NCBI GenBank assembly: GCA_016176285.1 | Contig: JACOXM010000001.1 | Coordinates: 5,812 to 69,811 of the forward strand | DNA from: Candidatus Giovannonibacteria bacterium | GTDB lineage: Bacteria > Patescibacteriota > Minisyncoccia > JACPKW01 > UBA11713 | Direction: 5' to 3' | Length of the DNA: 64,000 nt | In this document: piece by piece, positions 40,892 to 50,535 of the stretch | Layout: each line of letters opens with the position of its first letter | Numbering within the stretch: position 1 is the first letter of the stretch | Notes under the pieces: generated by a model | The model's input: only the letters and a program-made list of their open reading frames with translations | What the model was told of the DNA's origin: nothing | Database searches by the model: none | Translations under genes and position numbers: made by a program

Positions 40892-40908
40892 AACGGCAGA
40901 TTTAAATC

Positions 40909-40940
40909 AAAAACCCCTCGACGAGGGGTTTTTGATTTTG
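40909..40940 (+). terminator. Rho-independent terminator after rpoC
   Basis: aaaacccct-cgacg-aggggtttt stem-loop followed by tgattttg. Confidence 0.6.
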
Positions 40941-40978
40941 TATACTTTAATGGTATTCCTATAAACTTTTTTGGAAAT

Positions 40979-43132
40979 TTGGTGAAGAAAAAAAATAACA
41001 ACGGAAAAAATAAATCAAAATGGCATGACGGGATAAAGCAAGAAACAAAGCAATCCGTTTTTGCGGTTTTTTCGTTTGCCTTGGGAATTCTTTTGACGTT
41101 GGCTGCTTTTGGGAAAGCCGGTTTTGTTGGCTCGGAGCTCCAATATTTCCTTGAACTCCTTTTCGGAAAGGCATTTTTTTTGGTTCCGTTAGTTTTTTTC
41201 ATCGGAGGTTTTTCTTTTCTTTTCTCTCTTCGCAAGCATTTTGTGGCGGTGACTTTAATCGGAGCGATGCTTTTTCTTTTCGCTTCGCTCGGAATTGTAA
41301 ACGTAATATTTGAAAATCTGGCGGCAGGATATATCGGCCTCTGGTCGAGCTACGCGTTTCTGAAACTTTTTGATTTTTGGGCGGCCTTAATTTTGCTTTT
41401 CGCGATGTGGATTGCGGGAATTTTTGTAATGCTGAATTTCCATATTCCTGTTTTTTCGAGGCAAGAAAAAGAGGAAGGAGAGGAGGAACCCGACGAAAGG
41501 CCGCAAGCGGCCATTCAGACGGGTCCGCCGCAAATCGTCAAAGAATTATTAAAACCTGTTTCCAGGGAGCCTCCGGTTATTCAACCAGCCCATCAGGACG
41601 GCGGAGATGAATTTGCCTCTTCCCTTTATAAATCCCAAAAGGGCAGAGGAGGGAAGAGAGAAATATCGGCCTCTCTTCCACCGCTCGATCTTCTTGAGGA
41701 CGATCGCGGCACTCCGTCGTCCGGAGACATTAAAGCAAATGCGAACATTATTAAAAGATCGCTGCAAAATTTCGGAATCGAGGTGGAGATGATGGAGGTG
41801 AATGTCGGACCGTCCGTAACGCAATATACTTTGAAACCCGCCGAGGGTGTTAAGCTTTCAAAAATTACTTCTCTGCAAAATGATTTAGCGCTAGCTCTTG
41901 CCGCCCATCCTTTGAGGATTGAGGCGCCGATACCTGGAAGGTCGCTTGTTGGGATAGAAATACCGAACAAATCCATAGCACTCGTCGGACTTCGTTCGCT
42001 TTTTTCCTCGGACGAGTTTCAAAAATCGAACCGTCCATTATTGTTTACTCTTGGAAGGGATGTTTCGGGCAAACCTATTTATGCGGACCTTGCAAAGATG
42101 CCGCATCTTCTTATTGCGGGCGCAACGGGTTCCGGGAAATCGGTGCAAATTCATTCATTTATGATGAGCCTTTTGTACAGAAACACTCCGGAGTTTTTAA
42201 GATTTATCCTTGTTGACCCGAAGCGCGTGGAACTTTCTATATATTCTAAGATTCCTCACCTCCTGACCCCTGCTATAATGGAAGCCAAGAAAACCATCTT
42301 ATCTTTGAGATGGGCCGTCAAAGAAATGGAAAGGAGGTACGAAGTTCTTTCTCAAAATGGAGTTCGCGACATAAGCTCCTACCACTCGAATATTCTGCCT
42401 AAGGATGCCGATGCTGAAACTATGCCTTATTTAGTAATAGTCGTTGATGAACTAGCGGACATTATGGCGACTTATCCGAGGGAGCTCGAGGCTTCAATCG
42501 TGAGGCTTGCCCAAATGTCCCGCGCGGTAGGAATTCATTTGGTCCTTTCCACTCAGCGGCCTTCAGTGGAAGTTATAACGGGCCTTATAAAGGCGAACAT
42601 AACAAGCCGCATTGCTTTTCAGGTAGCTTCTCAAATTGATTCGCGGACAATCCTGGATTCCTCCGGAGCGGATAAGCTTTTAGGAAATGGGGATATGTTA
42701 TTTTTGGCCGGTGACGTCGGGAAGCCCAAGCGTATACAAGGCGCTTTTGTTTCTGAGAAGGAAGTAAAAAAAGTTGTAGGGTGGATAGAAAATAATTCAG
42801 TTGAAAACGCGAACAGCGAAACTTCGGCCGCGATTTTTGATAATGAAATTTCCAGCAGCGCGCAAAATAGTTTTGCAAACGGTTCGCTCGATGACGGTGA
42901 TGACGACGAACTTTACGAAGAAGCGCGGCGCCTTGCGATAGAGGGCGGAAAAATATCAGCTTCTTTTTTACAGAGAAGGCTTAAGGTCGGATATGCGAGA
43001 GCGGCAAGGCTTTTGGACATGATGGAAGAGCGCGGAGTAATCGGGCCGTCCGACGGAGCGAAGCCCAGAGAAGTGCTGAACATAGTAAATACGGAGGAGG
43101 AACCGAAAAAAGATTTTATTGATACGTTTTAA
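40979..43132 (+). CDS. ftsK: DNA translocase FtsK/SpoIIIE
   Basis: GTG start. N-terminal 4-5 TM helices, Pro/Glu-rich linker, motor domain with Walker A GATGSGKS and Walker B VIVVDELAD, and a C-terminal gamma-like winged helix (LYEEARRLAIEGGKISASFLQRRLKVGYARAARLLDMME). Confidence 0.85.
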   Translation: MVKKKNNNGKNKSKWHDGIKQETKQSVFAVFSFALGILLTLAAFGKAGFVGSELQYFLELLFGKAFFLVPLVFFIGGFSFLFSLRKHFVAVTLIGAMLFLFASLGIVNVIFENLAAGYIGLWSSYAFLKLFDFWAALILLFAMWIAGIFVMLNFHIPVFSRQEKEEGEEEPDERPQAAIQTGPPQIVKELLKPVSREPPVIQPAHQDGGDEFASSLYKSQKGRGGKREISASLPPLDLLEDDRGTPSSGDIKANANIIKRSLQNFGIEVEMMEVNVGPSVTQYTLKPAEGVKLSKITSLQNDLALALAAHPLRIEAPIPGRSLVGIEIPNKSIALVGLRSLFSSDEFQKSNRPLLFTLGRDVSGKPIYADLAKMPHLLIAGATGSGKSVQIHSFMMSLLYRNTPEFLRFILVDPKRVELSIYSKIPHLLTPAIMEAKKTILSLRWAVKEMERRYEVLSQNGVRDISSYHSNILPKDADAETMPYLVIVVDELADIMATYPRELEASIVRLAQMSRAVGIHLVLSTQRPSVEVITGLIKANITSRIAFQVASQIDSRTILDSSGADKLLGNGDMLFLAGDVGKPKRIQGAFVSEKEVKKVVGWIENNSVENANSETSAAIFDNEISSSAQNSFANGSLDDGDDDELYEEARRLAIEGGKISASFLQRRLKVGYARAARLLDMMEERGVIGPSDGAKPREVLNIVNTEEEPKKDFIDTF

Positions 43133-43134
43133 CC

Positions 43135-43470
43135 ATGAGAGTTTTACATAAAAAGCTTCTGATCCTAATCGCGGGAGTTTTGCTTTTAATTTACGGAGTC
43201 TGGCAGGCACGCGATTTTTTAAGGGGGCCTATGGTTCGCCTCGATAACCCGAGCAACGGGCAAATTTTTGAAAATGATTTCATAGAAGTTAACGGCAACG
43301 CGAGAGATGTTTCAAAATTTACGCTTAACGGCCGTACAGTTTTTACGGACGAAAAAGGGGACTTTAAGGAAAAGATTTTAATCGCAAAAGGAGTTAATGA
43401 CATTGAAATTTACGCTGAGGACAAATTCGGCCACGAAAAAAAGATATTGCGGACAGTATTGTTAAAATAA
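43135..43470 (+). CDS. Hypothetical membrane-anchored protein
   Basis: 111 aa with an N-terminal TM helix. No family recognised. Confidence 0.4.
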   Translation: MRVLHKKLLILIAGVLLLIYGVWQARDFLRGPMVRLDNPSNGQIFENDFIEVNGNARDVSKFTLNGRTVFTDEKGDFKEKILIAKGVNDIEIYAEDKFGHEKKILRTVLLK

Positions 43471-43492
43471 AAAGCTTTTATATAATTAACTA

Positions 43493-44497
43493 ATGACTAA
43501 AAAAACTGATGCAATTAATGAGAAAAAGAGCGGGGTGGAGGCCGCGTTGAAAGAAATACAGGCAAAATACGGCGAGGGAGCCATTATGAAGTTAGGCGAC
43601 ACTCCCAAGGTTGATATTGATGTGATTCCAACCGGCTCCTTGAGCCTGGATTTGGCGCTTGGGGTGGGCGGAGTGCCTAGAGGAAGAATTATCGAGGTGT
43701 ATGGGCCTGAATCTTCCGGAAAAACAACTCTGGCCTTGCACATAGTCTCCGAAGCCCAAAAGAAAGGGGGTTTATGCGCATATGTAGACGCCGAGCACGC
43801 GATGGATCCAGAATATGCAAAAAAAATAGGGGTAAAAATTAACGATCTCTTGATATCGCAGCCTGATACTGGGGAACAGGCGCTTGAAATTGTGGAAAGC
43901 CTTGTGAGGTCCGGCTCAATTGATGTCGTGGTCGTGGACTCAGTCGCGGCACTAACCCCGCAGGCGGAAATTGAAGGGGAAATGGGACAGGCGCACGTAG
44001 GGCTTCAGGCGCGGCTGATGTCGCAAGCTCTTAGGAAACTCACGGCCATTATTGCTAAGTCAAAAACTATCGTAATTTTCATAAACCAGATCCGAATGAA
44101 AATCGGCGTGATGTTTGGAAACCCTGAAACTACCACAGGCGGAAACGCTCTTAAATTTTATTCTTCCGTAAGAATAGAAATTCGCCGCGCCGCGCAATTG
44201 AAAAGAGGAGAGGATATAATAGGGAACCGGGCGAACATTAAAATCACAAAAAATAAAGTTGCTCCGCCTTTCAGGAAGGCCGAGTTGGATATTATGTATA
44301 ACGAGGGGATTTCTTATGAAGGCGACTTGATAAATCTCGGCCTGAAATACGAACTTATAAAAAAATCCGGAGCTTCTCTTTCTTTCGGCGACACTCGATT
44401 GGGACAGGGTTTTGAAAATGCCAAAGAATTTTTGCGCCAGAATTCCAAAATAGCAAATGATTTGGCTAAAAGCATTAAAGAAAAGGCAAAAGCTTAA
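43493..44497 (+). CDS. recA: Recombinase RecA
   Basis: Walker [11 protein letters not shown]1/L2 loops. 334 aa. Canonical RecA blocks ([40 protein letters not shown]). Confidence 0.95.
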   Translation: MTKKTDAINEKKSGVEAALKEIQAKYGEGAIMKLGDTPKVDIDVIPTGSLSLDLALGVGGVPRGRIIEVYGPESSGKTTLALHIVSEAQKKGGLCAYVDAEHAMDPEYAKKIGVKINDLLISQPDTGEQALEIVESLVRSGSIDVVVVDSVAALTPQAEIEGEMGQAHVGLQARLMSQALRKLTAIIAKSKTIVIFINQIRMKIGVMFGNPETTTGGNALKFYSSVRIEIRRAAQLKRGEDIIGNRANIKITKNKVAPPFRKAELDIMYNEGISYEGDLINLGLKYELIKKSGASLSFGDTRLGQGFENAKEFLRQNSKIANDLAKSIKEKAKA

Positions 44498-44533
44498 ATT
44501 CCTAAATTATTATATTCATTTTTAATAATTCTT

Positions 44534-44962
44534 GTGGTTGCCGCGGGGTTTTTTGTTTTTTCGGAAAAAGGATCAATTTCAGAAGAGGAGTTTTCCACGG
44601 GCGTAGTAAAAGTAAATGGACGAGAGCTCAAAGTAAAAATTGCGGATAATGAAAGAAAAAGGGAAGAGGGTCTTCAAAATGTGCCCTCGCTCGACGGATA
44701 CGACGGAATGCTTTTTGTTTTTGAAAAAAGCGCGCCGGTTTCTTTCTGGAATAAGAACACATTTCTTAATCTTGATATAATTTGGATAGAAAATAATAAG
44801 ATCATTGGAATAAGTTACCTGCCGAAAATAGGAACAGATGGGATAAGGATCGTTGATTCCCCGGGTCCGGTTGGCGCGGTGTTGGAGATTCCTTCTGGTA
44901 ATATTGATTCGCTTTCGGAACTAGTTGGCGCTTCTGTTTCTTCCCCGCGTGGATTAAAATAA
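44534..44962 (+). CDS. DUF192-family protein (COG1430-like)
   Basis: GMLFVFEKSAPVSFWNKNTFLNLDIIWIENNKIIGI matches the DUF192 GLMF...FWMKNT..PLDIIF pattern. Confidence 0.5.
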   Translation: MVAAGFFVFSEKGSISEEEFSTGVVKVNGRELKVKIADNERKREEGLQNVPSLDGYDGMLFVFEKSAPVSFWNKNTFLNLDIIWIENNKIIGISYLPKIGTDGIRIVDSPGPVGAVLEIPSGNIDSLSELVGASVSSPRGLK

Positions 44963-44969
44963 ATACAGA

Positions 44970-46100
44970 ATGCGGAGAAAATATGTTTATTTTCTGGGGA
45001 TCGTTTGCATGTTTGGAATTTTTGCATTTTTTTTCAAAACTTACGCGCCCGCAGAGTATATTTCAGCAAAATCAGAGGAATTCGTGGAGGATTTGCCTTT
45101 GCCCCCTTCCCGACATTTAAAAACCCCAATACCCGTTAAGGGGATTTACATGACAAGCTGGGTTGCTGGAACGAAAAATTGGCGGGATAAATTGATAAAT
45201 TTCGTGGATAAAACGGAAATTAATACGATTGTTATAGACGTAAAAGATTATTCAGGAAGGATTTCATTTGAAGTTTCCGACCCCATATTGGTCGAGTTAG
45301 AGTATACGGAAAAAAGGATAAGCGATATAGAAAACTTGATAGAGATTCTGCACAAAAAGAATATATATGTGATAGGCAGAATCTCAGTTTTCCAAGATCC
45401 CCACCTTGCCAAAAAGCGCCCCGACCTCGCGCTTAAAAATAAATCGGGCGAGGTATGGAGTGATAGAAGGGGCCTTATGTGGGTAGACCCCGCATCAAGT
45501 GAAGTTTGGGATATAACTGTGGCGATAAGCAAGGAAGCAGAGAGGGCTGGGTTTGATGAACTAAATTTTGATTACATACGTTTCCCCTCCGATGGAAATA
45601 TTAAAGACGCTCGCTATCCTTTTTGGGACGGAAAAATGAAAAAATCAGAAGTTATTAATAACTTCTTTTCATATTTGAATGAGAACCTCAAAGACATCGG
45701 TGTTCCGATTTCCGCGGACATTTTTGGAATGACAACGGTTACTAGTAATGACTTGAATATTGGACAAGTTTTTGAAGATGCCGTAAAAAACTTCGATTAT
45801 GTCTCGCCGATGGTTTATCCTTCACATTTTGCGAAAGGGTTTATGGGCTACAAGAATCCTTCAGAATTTCCTTACGAAGTAATAAAAAAAGCTTTAGATG
45901 ATGCTCGAGCGAAAACTCTTGCCATTGGACAAGATCCGGAAAAAATTCGCCCGTGGATCCAAGATTTTAATTTAGGGACTAAGTATGATTCTCCGATGAT
46001 TAAAAAGGAAATTAAGGCGGTTTACGATTCCGGATTTTCGAGCTGGCTTTCCTGGGATCCTTCAAACCAGTACACGCCCGAAGCATATTTAAAAGACTAA
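44970..46100 (+). CDS. Putative glycoside-hydrolase-like TIM-barrel protein (DUF4015/COG1306-like), membrane anchored
   Basis: N-terminal TM. KGIYMTSWVAGTKNWRDKLINFVDKTEINTIVIDVKDYSGRISF resembles the conserved start of that family. Confidence 0.45.
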   Translation: MRRKYVYFLGIVCMFGIFAFFFKTYAPAEYISAKSEEFVEDLPLPPSRHLKTPIPVKGIYMTSWVAGTKNWRDKLINFVDKTEINTIVIDVKDYSGRISFEVSDPILVELEYTEKRISDIENLIEILHKKNIYVIGRISVFQDPHLAKKRPDLALKNKSGEVWSDRRGLMWVDPASSEVWDITVAISKEAERAGFDELNFDYIRFPSDGNIKDARYPFWDGKMKKSEVINNFFSYLNENLKDIGVPISADIFGMTTVTSNDLNIGQVFEDAVKNFDYVSPMVYPSHFAKGFMGYKNPSEFPYEVIKKALDDARAKTLAIGQDPEKIRPWIQDFNLGTKYDSPMIKKEIKAVYDSGFSSWLSWDPSNQYTPEAYLKD

Positions 46101-46104
46101 TAAT

Positions 46105-47436
46105 ATGGAGTCAAATTTTTTAGATTTTTCTGAAAGAGCGAAGAGGAAACTAATTATTTCTGCTGGCACGGCGGTATTGTCGATTTTGGCGTTAGTATTT
46201 TTTGATTCAATGCTTTTGACTCATTCCTTTATCGCTTTCTCTTTTGTACTTTTAGGTTGGAGTAATCTCGAGCTGATGAAAGCGATTAAACTTTTTAATG
46301 ATGAAAATTATGAAAGAGAAGCAATTTTATCCAGCCTTTCGGATGGAGTATTGCAATTCGATTCTAAAAGAAGAGTTGTTTTAATGAACTCTAGAGCAGA
46401 GGAGCTTTTAGGTCTGCGAGTTAAGGATTTGGAGGGCTTGGCGATTGTTCCGGATCTCTGGGAGGCAAAGCAATCTTTCAGGGGCCTCGTGGAGGTGATT
46501 TATCCGGAGTTGGCGCCGTTTGCTTCTCAAAAAGGAGGCGACAGATATGGAGGAGACAAGGGCCAGGAAATACATACTTCTTACCCCGAATTGAGGTTAT
46601 TCGTTGTTTCAAAACAAATAAAAAACAATACAGGCAAAACCATCGGAAACGTAAAAATCATAAGGGATATAACCCACGACGAGCTTATTTCCAAAATAAA
46701 ATCTGAGTTCGTTTCGGTTGCCGCGCATCAGTTAAGAACCCCACTTGCAGGTTTAAAGTGGAGTATTAAGCTGATGCTCGACGGGGAAACAGGCCCCGTA
46801 AATGAAAAACAAAAAGAATTTTTGGAAAAAGGCTTTGAATCTTCCGAGCGCATGGTCAAACTTGTGAATGATTTACTCAACGTGGCGAGAATAGAGGAGG
46901 GACGCTTTGGATACGAATTTAAAGAAATTGATTATGTCGCATTCGTGGAAAAACTTGTAAAAAATTATGAGCCGATTGCGAAGAAGAAAAAAATAAATAT
47001 GGTTTTCTCGCAGGTGAAGGATTTAATTCCTCCTCTTTACGCCGATCCGGAAAGAATCCAAATGGCGCTTTCTAATTTAATCGAAAACGCATTGAAGTAC
47101 ACGCTTGAAGGGGAGTTTATTAAAATAATTATTTCACTTGAGGGTGAATATGTAAAAACAATTGTTTCGGATACGGGGGTGGGGATTCCTGCGCTAGAGC
47201 AAGCACGCATTTTTTCAAAATTTTTCAGGGCATCGAATATTATCAAGCTTGAAACGGAGGGAACCGGCTTAGGCCTTTATATTGTCAAGAATATTGTAGA
47301 AAGGCATGGCGGGCACGTTACATTCGTTTCCGAAGAGAAAAGGGGCACGACTTTTACAATATTGCTGCCGATCAAGCGCGGGCTCATTCCTAACCGAGAA
47401 AGACCGATGGCCGAAGAATTTCTGGCGGGGATTTAG
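46105..47436 (+). CDS. Sensor histidine kinase (TM + PAS + HisKA + HATPase_c)
   Basis: H-box SVAAHQLRTPLAGLKW. N box LSNLIENALKYT. G1 DTGVGIP. G2 GTGLGLYIVKNIVERHGG. PAS-like region around SDGVLQFDSKRRVVLMNSRAEELLG. Confidence 0.8.
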   Translation: MESNFLDFSERAKRKLIISAGTAVLSILALVFFDSMLLTHSFIAFSFVLLGWSNLELMKAIKLFNDENYEREAILSSLSDGVLQFDSKRRVVLMNSRAEELLGLRVKDLEGLAIVPDLWEAKQSFRGLVEVIYPELAPFASQKGGDRYGGDKGQEIHTSYPELRLFVVSKQIKNNTGKTIGNVKIIRDITHDELISKIKSEFVSVAAHQLRTPLAGLKWSIKLMLDGETGPVNEKQKEFLEKGFESSERMVKLVNDLLNVARIEEGRFGYEFKEIDYVAFVEKLVKNYEPIAKKKKINMVFSQVKDLIPPLYADPERIQMALSNLIENALKYTLEGEFIKIIISLEGEYVKTIVSDTGVGIPALEQARIFSKFFRASNIIKLETEGTGLGLYIVKNIVERHGGHVTFVSEEKRGTTFTILLPIKRGLIPNRERPMAEEFLAGI

Positions 47437-48392
47437 ATTACTTTCTTTTTTAAAAAATAGATTGGAAAGTATCTTGCGTCAGGATAATCATCTGCACATT
47501 TTTTTTCTTGGATTTTAAAAAAAGGTAATATTGTTTCTTCAAATTCATTCTCAGTCTGGCTTATATAATCCAAATCATAACGAGATCTCTTTATGAAAGC
47601 CTGGAGCGTCCTTCTCAAGATTATTCTTTCTCCTTCTTCTCTGGTCTGATAGTTGGCGAGAATTTCTGCTATTTTTTTTGGACTTGAGGTTTGAGCTTGA
47701 TTATCTCTAAATCCATCACGAAGACGATATAGAAAAGCAAAAAAATTTTCGGAAGAGTAATTTGAGGACATACCCATTAACGCATTATCTACTGTTTTTT
47801 GCGGAGTTTCATCGCTAATGGCGGTGTTAATAATATGGTTTCGAAGTGAAAACGTACCGTCATTTGCAAGTAAGAGTGAAATTTTCTCAAGGAATTTTTC
47901 TTGATTTTTCCTAGGCAGTTGGGTGAATACTAGATCACCGATAATAAAATCAAAATAGTTTTCTTTAAGCGGCAGATCCGTCCATTCTGATTTTATCCAA
48001 ATTTCATTTTCTTGTTTGGCTTTCGAAGCCAATAAAAGTCCACTTTCTATCATAGGAAAAGAAAAATCAGCCACTGTGTAATTTTTTATTTTCGTATCAT
48101 CGAGTAAGTCGCGAATTAACGGTGTCGAACCTAATACCAGCACTTTATTTGGCGGAGATGATAAAATAAATTCACGCCAGATTGAAATAACTTTTTGAGA
48201 GGGACTCGCGGGGGGAGGTATTAGTTTTCTGGATTCGGGCAAGGATTGCGCGTCCCATAATTTTATCATTTTGCGTTTATGCATTTCAGCTTGTCCTGAT
48301 TCTGATTCAATAATGAAATTATGTATTTCAGAAATAGTTCTCGCGTCTAAGGTCTTGATTATTTTTTTTAATATGGATGCGATTAAATTCAT
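47433..48392 (-). CDS. Hypothetical protein, possibly a SAM-dependent methyltransferase-like fold
   Basis: 319 aa. VLVLGSTPLIRDLL and FDFIIGDLVF resemble degenerate MTase motifs I and II. Confidence 0.35.
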   Translation of the reverse strand: MNLIASILKKIIKTLDARTISEIHNFIIESESGQAEMHKRKMIKLWDAQSLPESRKLIPPPASPSQKVISIWREFILSSPPNKVLVLGSTPLIRDLLDDTKIKNYTVADFSFPMIESGLLLASKAKQENEIWIKSEWTDLPLKENYFDFIIGDLVFTQLPRKNQEKFLEKISLLLANDGTFSLRNHIINTAISDETPQKTVDNALMGMSSNYSSENFFAFLYRLRDGFRDNQAQTSSPKKIAEILANYQTREEGERIILRRTLQAFIKRSRYDLDYISQTENEFEETILPFFKIQEKKCADDYPDARYFPIYFLKKKVI

Positions 48393-49783
48393 TTGTTATT
48401 CTAATAAACATGAATAATCAGGATGTATTGATTTCAATGGATGATGCGTTGCCGCCAACCTTGAATTCCTTTAATTTAGCAGGGAATGAATCTTTTTTAA
48501 ACTGGCTTCTGCCCATTGTTGAATCACTAAGGGAAACTGAATATTGGAATAAAGATCATATAGCAAAAATCCAATCCGCTCGTCTAGAAAAGTTATTCCT
48601 GCAATTATCTGGAAATTCCTCTTTTTGGGATAATCATTTCCGACAACATGATGTCAAGCCGAATGCCTCCTCGCCGATCGATGAACTTAAAAAACTGCCG
48701 ATTATAAACAGAGATTGGTTTTTGGCAAAAAAAAATACTTTTGTAATTTCTCCCAATATAAGAGAAGGTTCTTTAAGATATTTCTCTACTAGCGGAACTA
48801 CCGGGAAAGTCCTTGCTGGAGCATTTACACACGGGGAAATTATCGTAAGTTATCTTCCATATTTTTTCAGGCATAGAGTTTTTAATTCAATTGGGGAATT
48901 TATTTCCAGAAAATTTTTTCTTGGGATCGGCAGAGTTCTTACGGAGCAATATAGCTCTCTCGGAGATTCATTTATACTGGATCATTTTGCTTCACTCGAA
49001 AAAAAAGAGATTAGAAACGAGCTGTATAAAAAAATTAAGTCGATATCTCCCGCGATGCTTTGGGCCTACCCAACGACACTTTTAGAATTTGCGACATATT
49101 ATAGGGATGATAATATTCAACTGCCATTATTGGCGGTTCGTACTGGCGGCGAGTATGTTACTAAAAGCCAAAAAGATTTTATTAAAGTTGCGCTTGGGAC
49201 GGAATATATTGATCATTACAGTGCGCGAGAAATCGGGAGCATTGGAACGTCGTGTGATAAAAATCCTACAGAAGGATTTTATCACATAGATCGAGAAAGG
49301 CTTATAGTTGAAGTTTTGGACGATGATGGAGGGGAAGTACCGGGGAATACGGAAGGAAATATAATTATAACGGTCCTTGACCGGACAACATTTCCCTTAA
49401 TTCGATATGCGCTTGGTGATCGAGGTAAAATAGTTTCTTGTGTATGCGGCCGTACTGACGCGCTGATATTTGCGGGAAGAGTTGGGGAATATATTTTGTT
49501 GCCGAGTGGTAAGCGTTTCAGTGTTCTGCAATTTCGGACAATCATTGCGAACTTGGTAAGTTTCCGAAATATTAGAAATTTCCGAATTGTACAAGAATCT
49601 TTAGATACGTTATCAGTTAGTATTTTCTTTAATTACGAACCTTCTTCCAACCAGATCGATTTGTTCGAGAAAATTTTATCCAAAACTCTTTATGATGAAA
49701 TAAAAGTTTCTATTAAAAAAGTTGACGCTGGTTTTTTTAAGGCGGGCAAAAGCAAAGTGTTTGAGAATTTAAAAAGGGGCTGA
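48377..49783 (+). CDS. Adenylate-forming enzyme, phenylacetate-CoA ligase / coenzyme F390 synthetase (PaaK/CapK-like) family, copy 1
   Basis: FSTSGTTGKVLAG AMP-binding motif. WAYPTTLLEF. IRYALGDRGKI...CGR zinc-like motif shared with copy 2. Start may be the ATG at ~48410. Confidence 0.65.
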   Translation: MRLNSFVILINMNNQDVLISMDDALPPTLNSFNLAGNESFLNWLLPIVESLRETEYWNKDHIAKIQSARLEKLFLQLSGNSSFWDNHFRQHDVKPNASSPIDELKKLPIINRDWFLAKKNTFVISPNIREGSLRYFSTSGTTGKVLAGAFTHGEIIVSYLPYFFRHRVFNSIGEFISRKFFLGIGRVLTEQYSSLGDSFILDHFASLEKKEIRNELYKKIKSISPAMLWAYPTTLLEFATYYRDDNIQLPLLAVRTGGEYVTKSQKDFIKVALGTEYIDHYSAREIGSIGTSCDKNPTEGFYHIDRERLIVEVLDDDGGEVPGNTEGNIIITVLDRTTFPLIRYALGDRGKIVSCVCGRTDALIFAGRVGEYILLPSGKRFSVLQFRTIIANLVSFRNIRNFRIVQESLDTLSVSIFFNYEPSSNQIDLFEKILSKTLYDEIKVSIKKVDAGFFKAGKSKVFENLKRG

Positions 49784-49821
49784 CTTTGCCAGCCCCTTTT
49801 TTGGAACCTTTTATGTTTCGG

Positions 49822-50460
49822 TTATTGTATTGCTGCAATCTGCGCTGGAGGCAGTTCCTGTAAATTGAGCCTGTAAACGGGCCCGACTGTTTTAACCTCC
49901 ATCTTCACTACGCATTTTGCCACAGGGCTATACCAATAAGTATAGATTTTTTGTTTTGGTTGGCCGAGCGCCTCTTCGCGACTGATTTTGTATGCTCTAA
50001 AAGTTCCGGCCGGAACGGCGACCTCTTCTTGTCCTAATACAGTAACTTTGGCTTTCACCGTTGACCCTCTCCGATCGGTACCCTCTTTTGAAAAAAACTC
50101 GCCTTCCCAAGTCGTCCCCTCCACCAGGGGAAATTTAAACATAGGAACTTTTACTTCGAACGGTTCTGGGGTAAGAAATACAAAGAAACTTCTCCTTACC
50201 CTGCCCAGGGGCAAATATTCAGCGCCTCTTTCTCCGTTTTCTACGGTGAAAACTGTAAATTCCTTGCCGTCGAATACAATGTCGTACGTGCCAGACGGAA
50301 GAACATCAGTGGCGCTAATTGTTGATTTATGCGAGTAGTTAATTCGCCAACTATCCCCGGAATTGTAAACCGGTTCTTTAATCTCCTCTGCTAAAACGGA
50401 GGAGAAAGTTAGAGAAATAAAATAAACGATTACCAACAGCAATAATTTGTTAATGTTCAT
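49822..50460 (-). CDS. Hypothetical secreted protein
   Basis: 212 aa with a signal peptide (MNINKLLLLVIVYFISLTFSSVLA). No family recognised. Confidence 0.4.
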   Translation of the reverse strand: MNINKLLLLVIVYFISLTFSSVLAEEIKEPVYNSGDSWRINYSHKSTISATDVLPSGTYDIVFDGKEFTVFTVENGERGAEYLPLGRVRRSFFVFLTPEPFEVKVPMFKFPLVEGTTWEGEFFSKEGTDRRGSTVKAKVTVLGQEEVAVPAGTFRAYKISREEALGQPKQKIYTYWYSPVAKCVVKMEVKTVGPVYRLNLQELPPAQIAAIQ

Positions 50461-50535
50461 AACTACCTCCTAGTGTTTTATACCATAAAAAACTATTTTT
50501 TCAAGCAAAGATCTATAATGTTATAGTATTTTATT